64,000 bases of DNA, from the IMG/VR virus record IMGVR_UViG_3300042328_000542. One strand, given 5' to 3'. Both the position numbers and the translations under genes were made by a program. The stretch's first letter is position 1. Each line of letters starts with the position of its first letter. This document shows positions 1-8,504 of this stretch, in pieces. The notes beneath the pieces were generated by a model, which saw nothing but the letters and a program-made list of their open reading frames with translations, was not told the origin of the DNA and ran no database searches. The stretch is from an uncultured virus (IMG/VR IMGVR_UViG_3300042328_000542). Lineage: Duplodnaviria; Heunggongvirae; Uroviricota; Caudoviricetes.

Positions 1-40
1 CAGAGTCGAGAGGCACTTACCCACCATAGCATAAAGCGAT
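1..40 (-). tRNA. Partial tRNA (5' half), probably tRNA-Gln(CUG), truncated by the window edge
   Basis: Minus strand reads ...CTCGA-CT-CTG at the edge (anticodon stem 5' arm plus loop). It lies directly downstream of tRNA-Glu in the tRNA array. The D-arm is unclear. Confidence 0.45.
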
Positions 41-51
41 ACTATGCATTT

Positions 52-126
52 TGGTATTCCCTACGGGATTCGAACCCGTGACGTCTCCGTGAAAGGGAGA
101 TGAGATAACCACTTCTCCAAGGGAAT
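52..126 (-). tRNA. tRNA-Glu(UUC)
   Basis: Acceptor ATTCCCT/AGGGAAT, anticodon arm TCTCC-CTTTCAC-GGAGA, T-arm ACGGG-TTCGAAT-CCCGT, encoded CCA. Confidence 0.95.
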
Positions 127-133
127 ATAACTT

Positions 134-141
134 TATTTATA
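134..141 (-). promoter_or_regulatory. T4-type late promoter TATAAATA upstream of tRNA-Glu
   Basis: Exact TATAAATA on the minus strand, 8 nt before the tRNA. Confidence 0.55.
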
Positions 142-144
142 ATC

Positions 145-1029
145 TTATAATCTCTTTTTACCATTCTGAGGTACAAAAGATTTTACATATTTAGCAAATT
201 GTTGCACTAAATTTGCTTTTGTTTTATCATAATTTGTTATGTTAACGAACTCATTAAATCCAACAGTTTTATAAATTTCATAATAATTTTCATAAACTGA
301 AATCTTTTCGTTTAATATACATTCTTTTTCTTGTTGTTTTAACTGTTTTTGTAAATCGCCTTTTTCTTTTCGATCCCAATCTACAATTCTACCTTTAATC
401 CAACCTTCTGGAATTGAGTCAGTTTTATTAATTTTATCATTCAGCTTTAAAGAAACATTATATATCCACATAGTTTCATATTGAGAATTTCCGCGACCAG
501 ATTCCCGTAATGAACTAGCTTTTCCTATGATAGACTTGGTTTGTTCTGTATGAGATTTATCTTTAAAAGGATTAACTCTACCATTTTTATACCCTTCTTT
601 CAAACTTTCCGAAATTGATTGGATATATTCATCATATGACCCAATACTTTTCATATATTCACTAGTATTTCTTATCAAATTTTCCAACCCATAACCAGAT
701 TGACCATTATATCCATATAAATTTTTACTAGATGAATTTACATAATCCCAACCACCATCCAATGTTTCTTCTTTTAAATTTGCCCACTCTTTTGATGCGA
801 CTATATCATTATCTTTACTAAACGTTAATGCAGTTTGTCTACATTTTTCTTCGTCTATGAAATAACCTAATATTTCAGTCGTTACATCATACCTATGTTT
901 CTTTATATGTCTGACCCAATAAGTACCTGATCCTTGATATTTGTAAGGATCATTTGCTTCAGTTTTACCGAAGTATTTGAGTCCAGTTACATTATGAGTT
1001 TTAATATATAAATAGGTTGGATTAAACAT
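145..1029 (-). CDS. Free-standing GIY-YIG (Seg-like) homing endonuclease with NUMOD3-like DNA-binding segment
   Basis: N-terminal YLYIKTHNVTGLKYFGKT...YQGSG GIY-YIG variant and NPFKDKSHTEQTK NUMOD3-like motif. Located inside a tRNA cluster, like T4 segB. Confidence 0.8.
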   Translation of the reverse strand: MFNPTYLYIKTHNVTGLKYFGKTEANDPYKYQGSGTYWVRHIKKHRYDVTTEILGYFIDEEKCRQTALTFSKDNDIVASKEWANLKEETLDGGWDYVNSSSKNLYGYNGQSGYGLENLIRNTSEYMKSIGSYDEYIQSISESLKEGYKNGRVNPFKDKSHTEQTKSIIGKASSLRESGRGNSQYETMWIYNVSLKLNDKINKTDSIPEGWIKGRIVDWDRKEKGDLQKQLKQQEKECILNEKISVYENYYEIYKTVGFNEFVNITNYDKTKANLVQQFAKYVKSFVPQNGKKRL

Positions 1030-1118
1030 TTTACACCTGTATAAATAGATTTAGTATAGGACAGCACAGTTTACCTGTAACTGAGTTGAAAGATACTCTA
1101 ATATCTTTCTAACTATAC

Positions 1119-1126
1119 TATTTATA
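1119..1126 (-). promoter_or_regulatory. Late promoter TATAAATA for the endonuclease gene
   Basis: Exact TATAAATA on the minus strand, about 90 nt upstream of the ATG. Confidence 0.6.
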
Positions 1127-1154
1127 CAGATTTTTAGAATAAAAGAGTTATTTG

Positions 1155-1241
1155 CTCCATCCCCGTGACTCGAACACGGATACGGTATTCCCGAATACAA
1201 CTGATTAACAGTCAGTCCTCTTACCATTAGAGTAGGATGGA
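1155..1241 (-). tRNA. tRNA-Asn(GUU) with atypical long variable arm and no encoded CCA
   Basis: TCCATCC/GGATGGA acceptor, D-arm CTCT-AATGGTA-AGAG, ACTGA-CTGTTAA-TCAGT, 20-nt variable region, CCGTG-TTCGAGT-CACGG, discriminator G. Confidence 0.85.
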
Positions 1242-1266
1242 GCAAATAACTCTTTACATCTTATTT

Positions 1267-1295
1267 ATTATACTATAGACTCTATTAAAAGTCAA
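1267..1295 (-). promoter_or_regulatory. Sigma70-type promoter (TTGACT-17-TATAAT) for tRNA-Asn
   Basis: ATGC-TTGACT-TTTAATAGAGTCTATAG-TATAAT on the minus strand. Confidence 0.8.
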
Positions 1296-1918
1296 GCATT
1301 ATTTACTACAATATCTAAAATTTTCAATTCAAGATCACGAAATGATCCATCATTCTCAACAACATAATCAATATGAGGATTACCTATCCACTCATATTCA
1401 GATTTATGTATCTTATGTTCTAGGGCATATTTTTCCCACTGTGCAGGAATTGTTTTCATACAACTTTCATGCCATTTCCACCAATCAGGTCGTGTTTCTG
1501 TTCTATCAACCTGAACCAATAATGAGTTTAGAGATTTAAGAAATTTAATCTCATTATTAAATCTAACATCAGTAATAACTACATTTTCGTGTTGTAAAAT
1601 TTTTCTCTCAAGACTATCAACCCAAATAGAATTTAAAAGATTATTTCTACAAACTTCAGTTCCAAAGTATTGAAGTATATATCTTGGAGTTATTGGCTTA
1701 TCAAACTTCTTACTCCAAAAAGTATCAACAGTTTCTCTAAACTCTCTTGATTCTTTTGTATCACCTTCAAGTAATTCTCTATCCCAACCAAAAATTGCTG
1801 AGGTAGCATCTTTAAGAGAATCAGCAAAAGATAACGGAACGAATTTTTTTTCTTCTGCTAAAATTTCACCAACAGTTCCTTTACCAGAACCAATAAATCC
1901 AAGCACACCAATAATCAT
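1292..1918 (-). CDS. Deoxynucleoside monophosphate kinase (T4 gp1-like)
   Basis: P-loop GFIGSGKGT, SFADSLKD, TPRYILQYFGTE, ITDVRF.NE, H.SE motifs. Start moved to the ATG at 1918 after the AGGTG SD. Confidence 0.9.
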   Translation of the reverse strand: MIIGVLGFIGSGKGTVGEILAEEKKFVPLSFADSLKDATSAIFGWDRELLEGDTKESREFRETVDTFWSKKFDKPITPRYILQYFGTEVCRNNLLNSIWVDSLERKILQHENVVITDVRFNNEIKFLKSLNSLLVQVDRTETRPDWWKWHESCMKTIPAQWEKYALEHKIHKSEYEWIGNPHIDYVVENDGSFRDLELKILDIVVNNA

Positions 1919-1934
1919 AATATACACCTAAATT

Positions 1935-2010
1935 TGGTAGCGGCCCTGGGATTCGAACACCAGCTCTTCGGCTTATGAGACCGACATAATCACCAGACTA
2001 CATGACCGCT
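1935..2010 (-). tRNA. tRNA with CAU anticodon (Met, initiator-like)
   Basis: AGCGGTC/GGCCGCT acceptor, TCGGT-CTCATAA-GCCGA, TTCGAAT T-loop with a bulged T-stem, CCA. Confidence 0.85.
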
Positions 2011-2106
2011 TTAAACAATTAATCAGAACTCTTGTATATATCCACACTTTGATGGAAACCCAACGGGTGGTGTACAACTTTCACTGTTTATATTGTACTA
2101 TTAAAT

Positions 2107-2182
2107 TGGTCTCTCTGCTTCGATTTGAACGAAGGACAATGCGCCCCAAACGCATCATGTTACCAGACTACACTACAGAGAG
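2107..2182 (-). tRNA. tRNA-Pro(UGG)
   Basis: CTCTCTG/CAGAGAG acceptor, ATGCG-TTTGGGG-CGCAT, CTTCG-TTCAAAT-CGAAG, CCA. Confidence 0.93.
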
Positions 2183-2208
2183 ATGTTTTACATATTCGTC
2201 TATAATTT

Positions 2209-2283
2209 TGGAGCCCCACCCCAGAATCGAACTGAGATCAGATGATTACAAGTCAACTGTAATAGCCATTATACTAGAAGGGC
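2209..2283 (-). tRNA. tRNA-Thr(UGU)
   Basis: GCCCTTC/GTGGGGC acceptor, GTTGA-CTTGTAA-TCATC, CTCAG-TTCGATT-CTGGG, CCA. Confidence 0.9.
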
Positions 2284-2326
2284 AAAATCTTTATGCTAAT
2301 AAATCTTTAACTAATTACCAAAAATT

Positions 2327-2397
2327 TGGTACGGGTGGACAGACTCGAACTGTCACTTGATGGAGTTTAAGTCTATTGCCTATTGGGTCACACCCGC
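2327..2397 (-). pseudogene. Degenerate tRNA-Leu(UAA)-like gene lacking the 3' side of the D-stem
   Basis: Acceptor GCGGGTG/CACCCGT, T-arm GACAG-TTCGAGT-CTGTC and CCA are intact. It is only 71 nt, has no D-stem partner, and has a mismatched anticodon stem ATAGA/TCCAT around CT-TAA-AC. Confidence 0.7.
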
Positions 2398-2412
2398 ATT
2401 ACTAATAAAATT

Positions 2413-2498
2413 TGGTGGGTAAGGTAGGATTTGAACCTACTCAGCCAGTGGCGCGGGATTTACAGTCCCGTGTGACTCTCCAACTTCACCGCTTACCC
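2413..2498 (-). tRNA. tRNA-Tyr(GUA)
   Basis: GGGTAAG/CTTACCC acceptor, CGGGA-CTGTAAA-TCCCG, long variable arm, GTAGG-TTCAAAT-CCTAC, CCA. Confidence 0.95.
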
Positions 2499-2518
2499 TT
2501 AATTCAAACTATATATCT

Positions 2519-2547
2519 ATTATACTATAGAATTACTATTTAGTCAA
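2519..2547 (-). promoter_or_regulatory. Sigma70-type promoter for the tRNA array
   Basis: AAAAAAGTGC-TTGACT-17 nt-TATAAT. Confidence 0.8.
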
Positions 2548-2598
2548 GCACTTTTTTCTATTTAGTAAAATTTTTTAAAAAGATCAAAGTATAGACAT

Positions 2599-2627
2599 AT
2601 TCTATACTAAGATCTCTGTTTAGTCAA
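2599..2627 (-). promoter_or_regulatory. Second tandem sigma70-type promoter for the tRNA array
   Basis: AAAAAAGTGC-TTGACT-17 nt-TAGAAT, with the same upstream context as 2519-2547. Confidence 0.7.
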
Positions 2628-2635
2628 GCACTTTT

Positions 2636-3430
2636 TTAAAGACTACCCAAATAGTTTGCAATCGCTGGCAAATTACCTTGGAATTGATATGATCCGGTAT
2701 GGGTAGTTCTCATCCAAGGAGCCATCCACACTTGAATACCAGTTTTTCTACATTGTTGACAAAAATGATAATCTTCACTCAACACACGATTAGATCCCTC
2801 ATCAATTTCAACATTAAAGTATGAATGGATTTTTCTATCCCCACCAAAATGTGCTGTACCAACATGATCTGGTGTATATTCGTATTGTGGATAAGCGATT
2901 TTAAATTTCTCAAACACATCTCGACGAATCATCATCATACCTGTTCCAATCTCTAATACTTCTAGCGGCTCAGTTACAGAAAATGATTGAGTTCCAGCAA
3001 CAGGATTAAATACAATATCACCACCCAACATCTCTAATTCACCAGCTGTAATGTCTGGATTATTAGTGATTGCTTTTTTAATGTTATCCCATTTAATACA
3101 TTTTTTTGGATATGGTGCACCAATAATATCTTTATCCAATGCTAACATAGCAATAATGTCCATAGCATTAAATCCAATATCGGCATCCAAGAAAATCATA
3201 TGCGTACAATCAGAACGCAAAAACTCATCTACTATATAATTACGAGCACGTTGAATCAACGATTCGTTAAACAGAAATGAGAACTTTAATTCCACTCCAT
3301 ATTGCATACACACTGTTTGTAAATCTAAGCATGATTTCATATACATACCTAGACAACTACCGCCATACATTGGAGTTCCCAAAAACAATTTTTTATTAGC
3401 TAAATCTTCACGACTAATTTTAATTTCCAT
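2636..3430 (-). CDS. Conserved phage GT-A-fold (glycosyltransferase family 2-like) protein
   Basis: LFLGTPMYGG, ESLIQRARN, FLDADIGF (DxD), GTGMMMIRR, SEDYHFC motifs. Start at 3430 follows a GAGG SD. Confidence 0.7.
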   Translation of the reverse strand: MEIKISREDLANKKLFLGTPMYGGSCLGMYMKSCLDLQTVCMQYGVELKFSFLFNESLIQRARNYIVDEFLRSDCTHMIFLDADIGFNAMDIIAMLALDKDIIGAPYPKKCIKWDNIKKAITNNPDITAGELEMLGGDIVFNPVAGTQSFSVTEPLEVLEIGTGMMMIRRDVFEKFKIAYPQYEYTPDHVGTAHFGGDRKIHSYFNVEIDEGSNRVLSEDYHFCQQCRKTGIQVWMAPWMRTTHTGSYQFQGNLPAIANYLGSL

Positions 3431-3447
3431 AATAACCTCAAAACGTA

Positions 3448-3476
3448 TTGACAAACATAAAAATAAATTATATAAT
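3448..3476 (+). promoter_or_regulatory. Consensus sigma70 promoter for Hef-like endonuclease 1
   Basis: TTGACA-17 nt-TATAAT, exact consensus. Confidence 0.8.
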
Positions 3477-3504
3477 AACTACACTTCTACTTATATAACA
3501 TAAA

Positions 3505-5085
3505 ATGCAAAATTTCATACAATCGCATCTATTAACTAAAACCGGCAATTTCAACAATAGAGTAATAGATAAAAAATGGTGGACTATTAGAAATCTTGAA
3601 AGTATTTATACTGAGATTTTTAGCACTACAAATTTTTTACCAGAATCTGTTAATCTTACACAACGAGCATGGCACATCTCCAGTAATATATACAAAATCC
3701 CAGAATGTATTGAATGTGGGAAATCTGCTATATTCATTAATTATAAATCTGGATATTCGGATTACTGTTCCAATGAGTGTAGTATACATTCATCAAAAAG
3801 AATAACTAAAATTAAAAATACAAATCTGGAACGATATGGTGTCACATGTACAGTTCACGCTAAACATATCAAAGAAAAAATTATACAAGAAACTATACAA
3901 AAACACGGTGTTCAATACATAACACAATCTGAAAACTTCAAAGAAAAAAGTAAATTAACCAAGAAGGAGAGATATGATGATATACATTACAACAACCAAT
4001 CTAAAGCTATTGAAACAAATCTAGATCGATATGGTGTTATGTGGATTGGACAAGCTCAATCTGTTATAGATAAAATACAAGAATCCAAATCTAAAGCGTT
4101 ACCAGAATTGCGATCAAAAGATTGGTTAATAGAACAAAATAAAACAAAAAATATAACAAAGATTGCACAAGAATTAAATGTTACACCTAGAACTGTGTAT
4201 CTATGGATGGTAAAACATGATATCGATTGGACTACACATCACATAAAAGAATATAAAGAACAAAAAGAAATATATGATTATATCACACAAGAGTTACAAA
4301 TCTATGCTAGATACAACGATAGAAAAACTATAAATCCACGAGAATTGGATATTTATATCCCAAAACACAATATAGCAATAGAATTAAATGGAATGTATTT
4401 TCACCAAGAACATAAAACAAAACATATTAGTAAATTAGAATTGTGTTTATCTAAAAATATAAAATTACTGCAATTCTGGGATCATCAATGGTTATTCAAT
4501 AAAGATATTTGCAAGTCTATTATAAGAAATCATCTTGGATTAAATAAAATAATTTATGCAAGAAAATGTAATATCATTGAATTAGATAATGAAACATATA
4601 AACGATTTATGGATAATAATCATATTCAAGGATATGCAGCAACATCAAAACGATATGGACTGATGTACAATAATACACTAGTGTCTGCTATAGGATTCTC
4701 AAAATCCAGATATGATAAATCATATGATTGGGAGCTAATACGGTATGCTAACATTTTAGACACCAATGTAGTAGGTGGTTTTAGTAGATTATTAAAACAT
4801 AGTAAACTAGTTAATATAATATCATATTCAGATAGAATGTTGTTTACTGGACAAATGTATCTAAAAAGCGGATTCGCGTTTATTAAACACACTAAACCTG
4901 GATTTTTTTATTTTAAAGGATACAAAATTAGATCTAGAGAACATTTTCAAAAACATAAATTGATGAAAAATCTAGAAAATTATGACCCCAACAAATCAGC
5001 TGCAGATAATATCTATGATGCTAATTGGAGAAAAGTTTGGAATTGTGGTAATTCGGTGTGGAGTTTCGGAAGATGTGTCGATTAA
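3505..5085 (+). CDS. Hef-like homing endonuclease (Zn-finger, TNLERYG repeats, HTH, Vsr/PD-(D/E)xK-type nuclease, C-terminal GNAT-like domain), copy 1
   Basis: CIECG...YCSNEC; TNLERYG/TNLDRYG repeats; ELDIYIPKHNIAIELNGMYFH; IYARKC...WELIRY...VVGGFSRLL...WNCGN. Oriented antisense to its neighbours. Confidence 0.75.
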   Translation: MQNFIQSHLLTKTGNFNNRVIDKKWWTIRNLESIYTEIFSTTNFLPESVNLTQRAWHISSNIYKIPECIECGKSAIFINYKSGYSDYCSNECSIHSSKRITKIKNTNLERYGVTCTVHAKHIKEKIIQETIQKHGVQYITQSENFKEKSKLTKKERYDDIHYNNQSKAIETNLDRYGVMWIGQAQSVIDKIQESKSKALPELRSKDWLIEQNKTKNITKIAQELNVTPRTVYLWMVKHDIDWTTHHIKEYKEQKEIYDYITQELQIYARYNDRKTINPRELDIYIPKHNIAIELNGMYFHQEHKTKHISKLELCLSKNIKLLQFWDHQWLFNKDICKSIIRNHLGLNKIIYARKCNIIELDNETYKRFMDNNHIQGYAATSKRYGLMYNNTLVSAIGFSKSRYDKSYDWELIRYANILDTNVVGGFSRLLKHSKLVNIISYSDRMLFTGQMYLKSGFAFIKHTKPGFFYFKGYKIRSREHFQKHKLMKNLENYDPNKSAADNIYDANWRKVWNCGNSVWSFGRCVD

Positions 5086-5095
5086 CACATCTTCC
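5068..5095. terminator. Hairpin between convergent genes
   Basis: GGAAGATGTGT-cgatta-ACACATCTTCC, 11-bp stem. Confidence 0.5.
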
Positions 5096-5122
5096 ATGTG
5101 AATTATTCAAATCTAATCTTAC

Positions 5123-5719
5123 TTAGACATTTTCCAATCGCATACAATTTCTAACATAACGTTTTATTTTTTTATCTAGTGCTTTTTGTTGACGATCTAG
5201 ATTAAATTTGGATACTCTGGTTTTAAAATCAATTCCAGCTAATCGATCCACATTTTGTTGAATAATTCTAGATGTCAGTCCACTAAATTGAGTTAATTTA
5301 GTTTCACCATTATAATCTTGGTATTGCAACACGATATCTTGTGGTCGTTTAACATGTAACTGTAAACCCATATTACTAATATCAGTTTCAGGTAAAATAA
5401 CACATGTACTACTGTAACTGACAATAACTGGATTATAAAATGCTACATATTCGTCCTGATTGCCAGCAACAAATACATTATAGTCTAATCCAAATTGATT
5501 AGCAGCTACACCAAACACATTATGAAATTTTGCTGTTTCAATCAATCTAGAAGCAATTTCGACCGAATCTAATGTAGGATTACCAAAGTTGAAATTTTCT
5601 AATTTAGTAGTTAGTATTGGATCATCTTGTTTTACTAATAAGTATGGTTCAAATTTTAGTTGTGAATCACTTGATAGATCGTTTATAACATCTGTATTAT
5701 ATATAAATTCATTTTCCAT
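5123..5719 (-). CDS. Peptide deformylase homolog with substituted catalytic motifs
   Basis: DPIL, GVAANQFG (motif 1), YNPVI, VKRP..I...YQD..G. EGCLS is replaced by ETDIS and HExDH by QNVDR. Confidence 0.75.
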   Translation of the reverse strand: MENEFIYNTDVINDLSSDSQLKFEPYLLVKQDDPILTTKLENFNFGNPTLDSVEIASRLIETAKFHNVFGVAANQFGLDYNVFVAGNQDEYVAFYNPVIVSYSSTCVILPETDISNMGLQLHVKRPQDIVLQYQDYNGETKLTQFSGLTSRIIQQNVDRLAGIDFKTRVSKFNLDRQQKALDKKIKRYVRNCMRLENV

Positions 5720-7440
5720 TATACTACCTTCATTTTTGAGAAATTTTTAACCATATCAAATTTTAATACTCTATCGAATTTATCAATCAATTGATCTGAT
5801 TTATGACTAATAACAAAAATATTAGTATTATCATCAAATGTTGGTATTAAATTCATTAGTACATCTGTGCCATCAGTATCCAAACTTGAATCCATAATTT
5901 CATCTAAAATCAACAAATTCGTATTAACTGAATTTTTAATTTTTGCCAATTGTCTAAAAGCAAATAGAATAGCTAAATCTATTCTCATTTTTTGACCTTC
6001 TGAAAAACTTGCATATGTAAATTCATCTCGGTGTCTAGATTTAATCACTTCTTCAAAATTTTCAGTAATATTAAAATTAGCAAAAAAATCCATCTGAGAT
6101 AGATATTGATTAATGTACTTATTCAATATCGGCAAATATTGTTTAATGATTTGGGTTTTTATTCCACCATCTTTTAACATCACAGACACAAAATCATAAT
6201 ATCGTTTTTCTGTTACATAATCTTCATATTGTTGTACATATGAATCTAATGATGTTATCAATTCTTGCAACTTTACACTTCCATTATCACTAGACTCATG
6301 TAATTTAGTCAATTCTAATATTTCATTAGAAATCAAATCAATATATTTTTTTGATGAATAGATACTAGAATTTAGTTTATTAATTTCCACATTGTTATTA
6401 GCAATCAAATTTTGTATGCTAGATATTTTAATCAATCTATCTCTAAGGTTGTCAAACTCTAATTGTAATTTTTCATTACCAGTTTGCAACTCTGCAATTT
6501 TAACTGTATTAGACTGAATAATAGACTGTTTAAATGAATCAGTAATAATCTGTCTACAAGTTGGACAAGAATCATTACTAGTAAAAAACATATTATCACT
6601 TTCCAACTTAGTAATGTTACCACGTAGCTTAAATTGTATAGTAGATAATTTTGAGCGTTTAGCTTCAACTGTAGTTAAATCTGATATCGTTGTTAACAAA
6701 TTATCATTAGATGTAATCAATTCTTCAACAGATTGTTCTAATATAGACATGTCATCGCGTGTATTAGAAATTAAATCTTGTTTTTTAACTATCAATTCGC
6801 TATTAGATTTTTGATACTGTTTAATAGTGTGTTTTTGAAATTCAATTTTATCTTTATATAGTTCTATATTAGTCTTACATGTTTGTACAGATTCTTTTAG
6901 ATTTGATAATTTATCTTTAAGAATAACATTCATATTAGAAAAAATTTGAATATCTAACAAATCTTCAATAACACTTCGTCTATCTGCAGCGGATAGTTGC
7001 ATAAACGGTGTATATCTAGCAGAACCTAACATAACAACTTGAGTAAATGATTTATAATTCATCTTCAAGATATAACGCTCTAGATATTCTTGATAATCTT
7101 TTACTTTAGCATCTTGTTTAACTAAAACATTATTATAATAAATTTCAAAGATATTAGGTTTTAATCCCCGAATAACTTTATACTCATTAGAATTTATAAC
7201 AAATTGTATTTCAACAACAGTATCGGATTTATTGATGGAATTTATTAATTGACTTTTATTAACTCGCCTAAATGGTTTTCCATATAAGACAAACGTAATA
7301 GCATCTAATATACAACTTTTACCTTTACCATTTTTACCAATAGATAATGTAGTTTTACATTCACTAAGGGGAATCTCAGTGAATGTATTACCATATGATA
7401 AAAAGTTTTTAAATTTTATAGAATTGAAAATTATCATCAC
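5719..7440 (-). CDS. 46: Recombination endonuclease ATPase subunit gp46 (SbcC/Rad50-like)
   Basis: FKNFLSYGN, GKNGKGKS Walker A, CPTC zinc hook, FSEGQKMRIDLA, LILDE, ISH. Confidence 0.95.
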   Translation of the reverse strand: MMIIFNSIKFKNFLSYGNTFTEIPLSECKTTLSIGKNGKGKSCILDAITFVLYGKPFRRVNKSQLINSINKSDTVVEIQFVINSNEYKVIRGLKPNIFEIYYNNVLVKQDAKVKDYQEYLERYILKMNYKSFTQVVMLGSARYTPFMQLSAADRRSVIEDLLDIQIFSNMNVILKDKLSNLKESVQTCKTNIELYKDKIEFQKHTIKQYQKSNSELIVKKQDLISNTRDDMSILEQSVEELITSNDNLLTTISDLTTVEAKRSKLSTIQFKLRGNITKLESDNMFFTSNDSCPTCRQIITDSFKQSIIQSNTVKIAELQTGNEKLQLEFDNLRDRLIKISSIQNLIANNNVEINKLNSSIYSSKKYIDLISNEILELTKLHESSDNGSVKLQELITSLDSYVQQYEDYVTEKRYYDFVSVMLKDGGIKTQIIKQYLPILNKYINQYLSQMDFFANFNITENFEEVIKSRHRDEFTYASFSEGQKMRIDLAILFAFRQLAKIKNSVNTNLLILDEIMDSSLDTDGTDVLMNLIPTFDDNTNIFVISHKSDQLIDKFDRVLKFDMVKNFSKMKVV

Positions 7441-8501
7441 TCAATCGCCAAAGCTTCATTATACAACTCAGACATTATACTCTTTAATTTATTACCATCT
7501 AAATCAGTTTGTTTAATGTTATCTATGTAATTATATGTTATACTTAAAGTGTCTTTAGATTCATCAACTTCAGTATCTAAATCAAAATTTATACTATCTT
7601 CTATAATAGATAAATCTAATATATTTCTAGTATTTAAAGCATCTATAAATAAATCGAATAAATATGGATTAGTTTTATTATCAACTTTAATTTTAACATA
7701 CTTATTATCAAACTGTTGCAAAAAATCTGGATTTAAATACTCAGATGTTGATACATCACCTTCCTCTATATCATCATAATCAAATTTCAAATAAATTGAA
7801 TACGGATTTTTAATAAATTCTTTTGTCTTAGACTCTAAATCTAAAACATAAAATCCTTTTTGATCATCATAATCTTGCCAATTCATTTCATATGGTGTAC
7901 CAATATATTCAATATTACCTTGCTGCGATCTATGATGGAAATGTCCAGAGTATACATCTTCATAATTGGAAAAGATTGTATTTGATAAACCATGTTCAGA
8001 TGAAATACTATTTTGATACATTTTGAAACCTGATATATCAAAATGACCTAAGCATATAGATGATGTATCAGTTTTAATAAAATCTAAACATTCTGTGTAA
8101 TTTTCCTTACAAATCCAAGGTATCATCGAAATATTATATTGAGATAATCTTGTAGGCTTATTAATAACTGTGATATTTTTAAATTGGTTTAAAAACAATT
8201 CACTAGAACTAACACTCAAAGATTCTTTATAGTATAAATCATGGTTTCCTAATAATGTAATAAGTTGTATGTCATACTCATCAAATTTACGAAAAAAGTA
8301 TCTAGAGAATTCAGATAGAGATAAATGATTGGTATGTCTACGAGAATCAAAAATATCACCTAATTGAAATACAGCCTGAATACCATGTTGTATTAGATAA
8401 GGAAAAAATATATTACTATAAAACTCCTCAAAAAATTCATTAAAATGTTGACTCCCACCTCGACAACCCGCATGTGTATCACCTAATAAAACTACTTTCA
8501 C
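7437..8501 (-). CDS. 47: Recombination endonuclease nuclease subunit gp47 (SbcD/Mre11-like)
   Basis: GDTH, LGD.FD.R, GNHD, GHF, SGHFH metallophosphoesterase motifs; adjacent to gp46. Confidence 0.95.
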   Translation of the reverse strand: MKVVLLGDTHAGCRGGSQHFNEFFEEFYSNIFFPYLIQHGIQAVFQLGDIFDSRRHTNHLSLSEFSRYFFRKFDEYDIQLITLLGNHDLYYKESLSVSSSELFLNQFKNITVINKPTRLSQYNISMIPWICKENYTECLDFIKTDTSSICLGHFDISGFKMYQNSISSEHGLSNTIFSNYEDVYSGHFHHRSQQGNIEYIGTPYEMNWQDYDDQKGFYVLDLESKTKEFIKNPYSIYLKFDYDDIEEGDVSTSEYLNPDFLQQFDNKYVKIKVDNKTNPYLFDLFIDALNTRNILDLSIIEDSINFDLDTEVDESKDTLSITYNYIDNIKQTDLDGNKLKSIMSELYNEALAIE

Positions 8502-8504
8502 TGT

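Noticed and set aside
1051..1245. 64-aa minus-strand ORF
   Set aside because: It overlaps the tRNA-Asn gene and the structured leader, has no SD, and is incidental.
2049..2360. 103-aa plus-strand ORF
   Set aside because: It is antisense to tRNA-Pro, tRNA-Thr and the tRNA-Leu-like gene; a shadow ORF.
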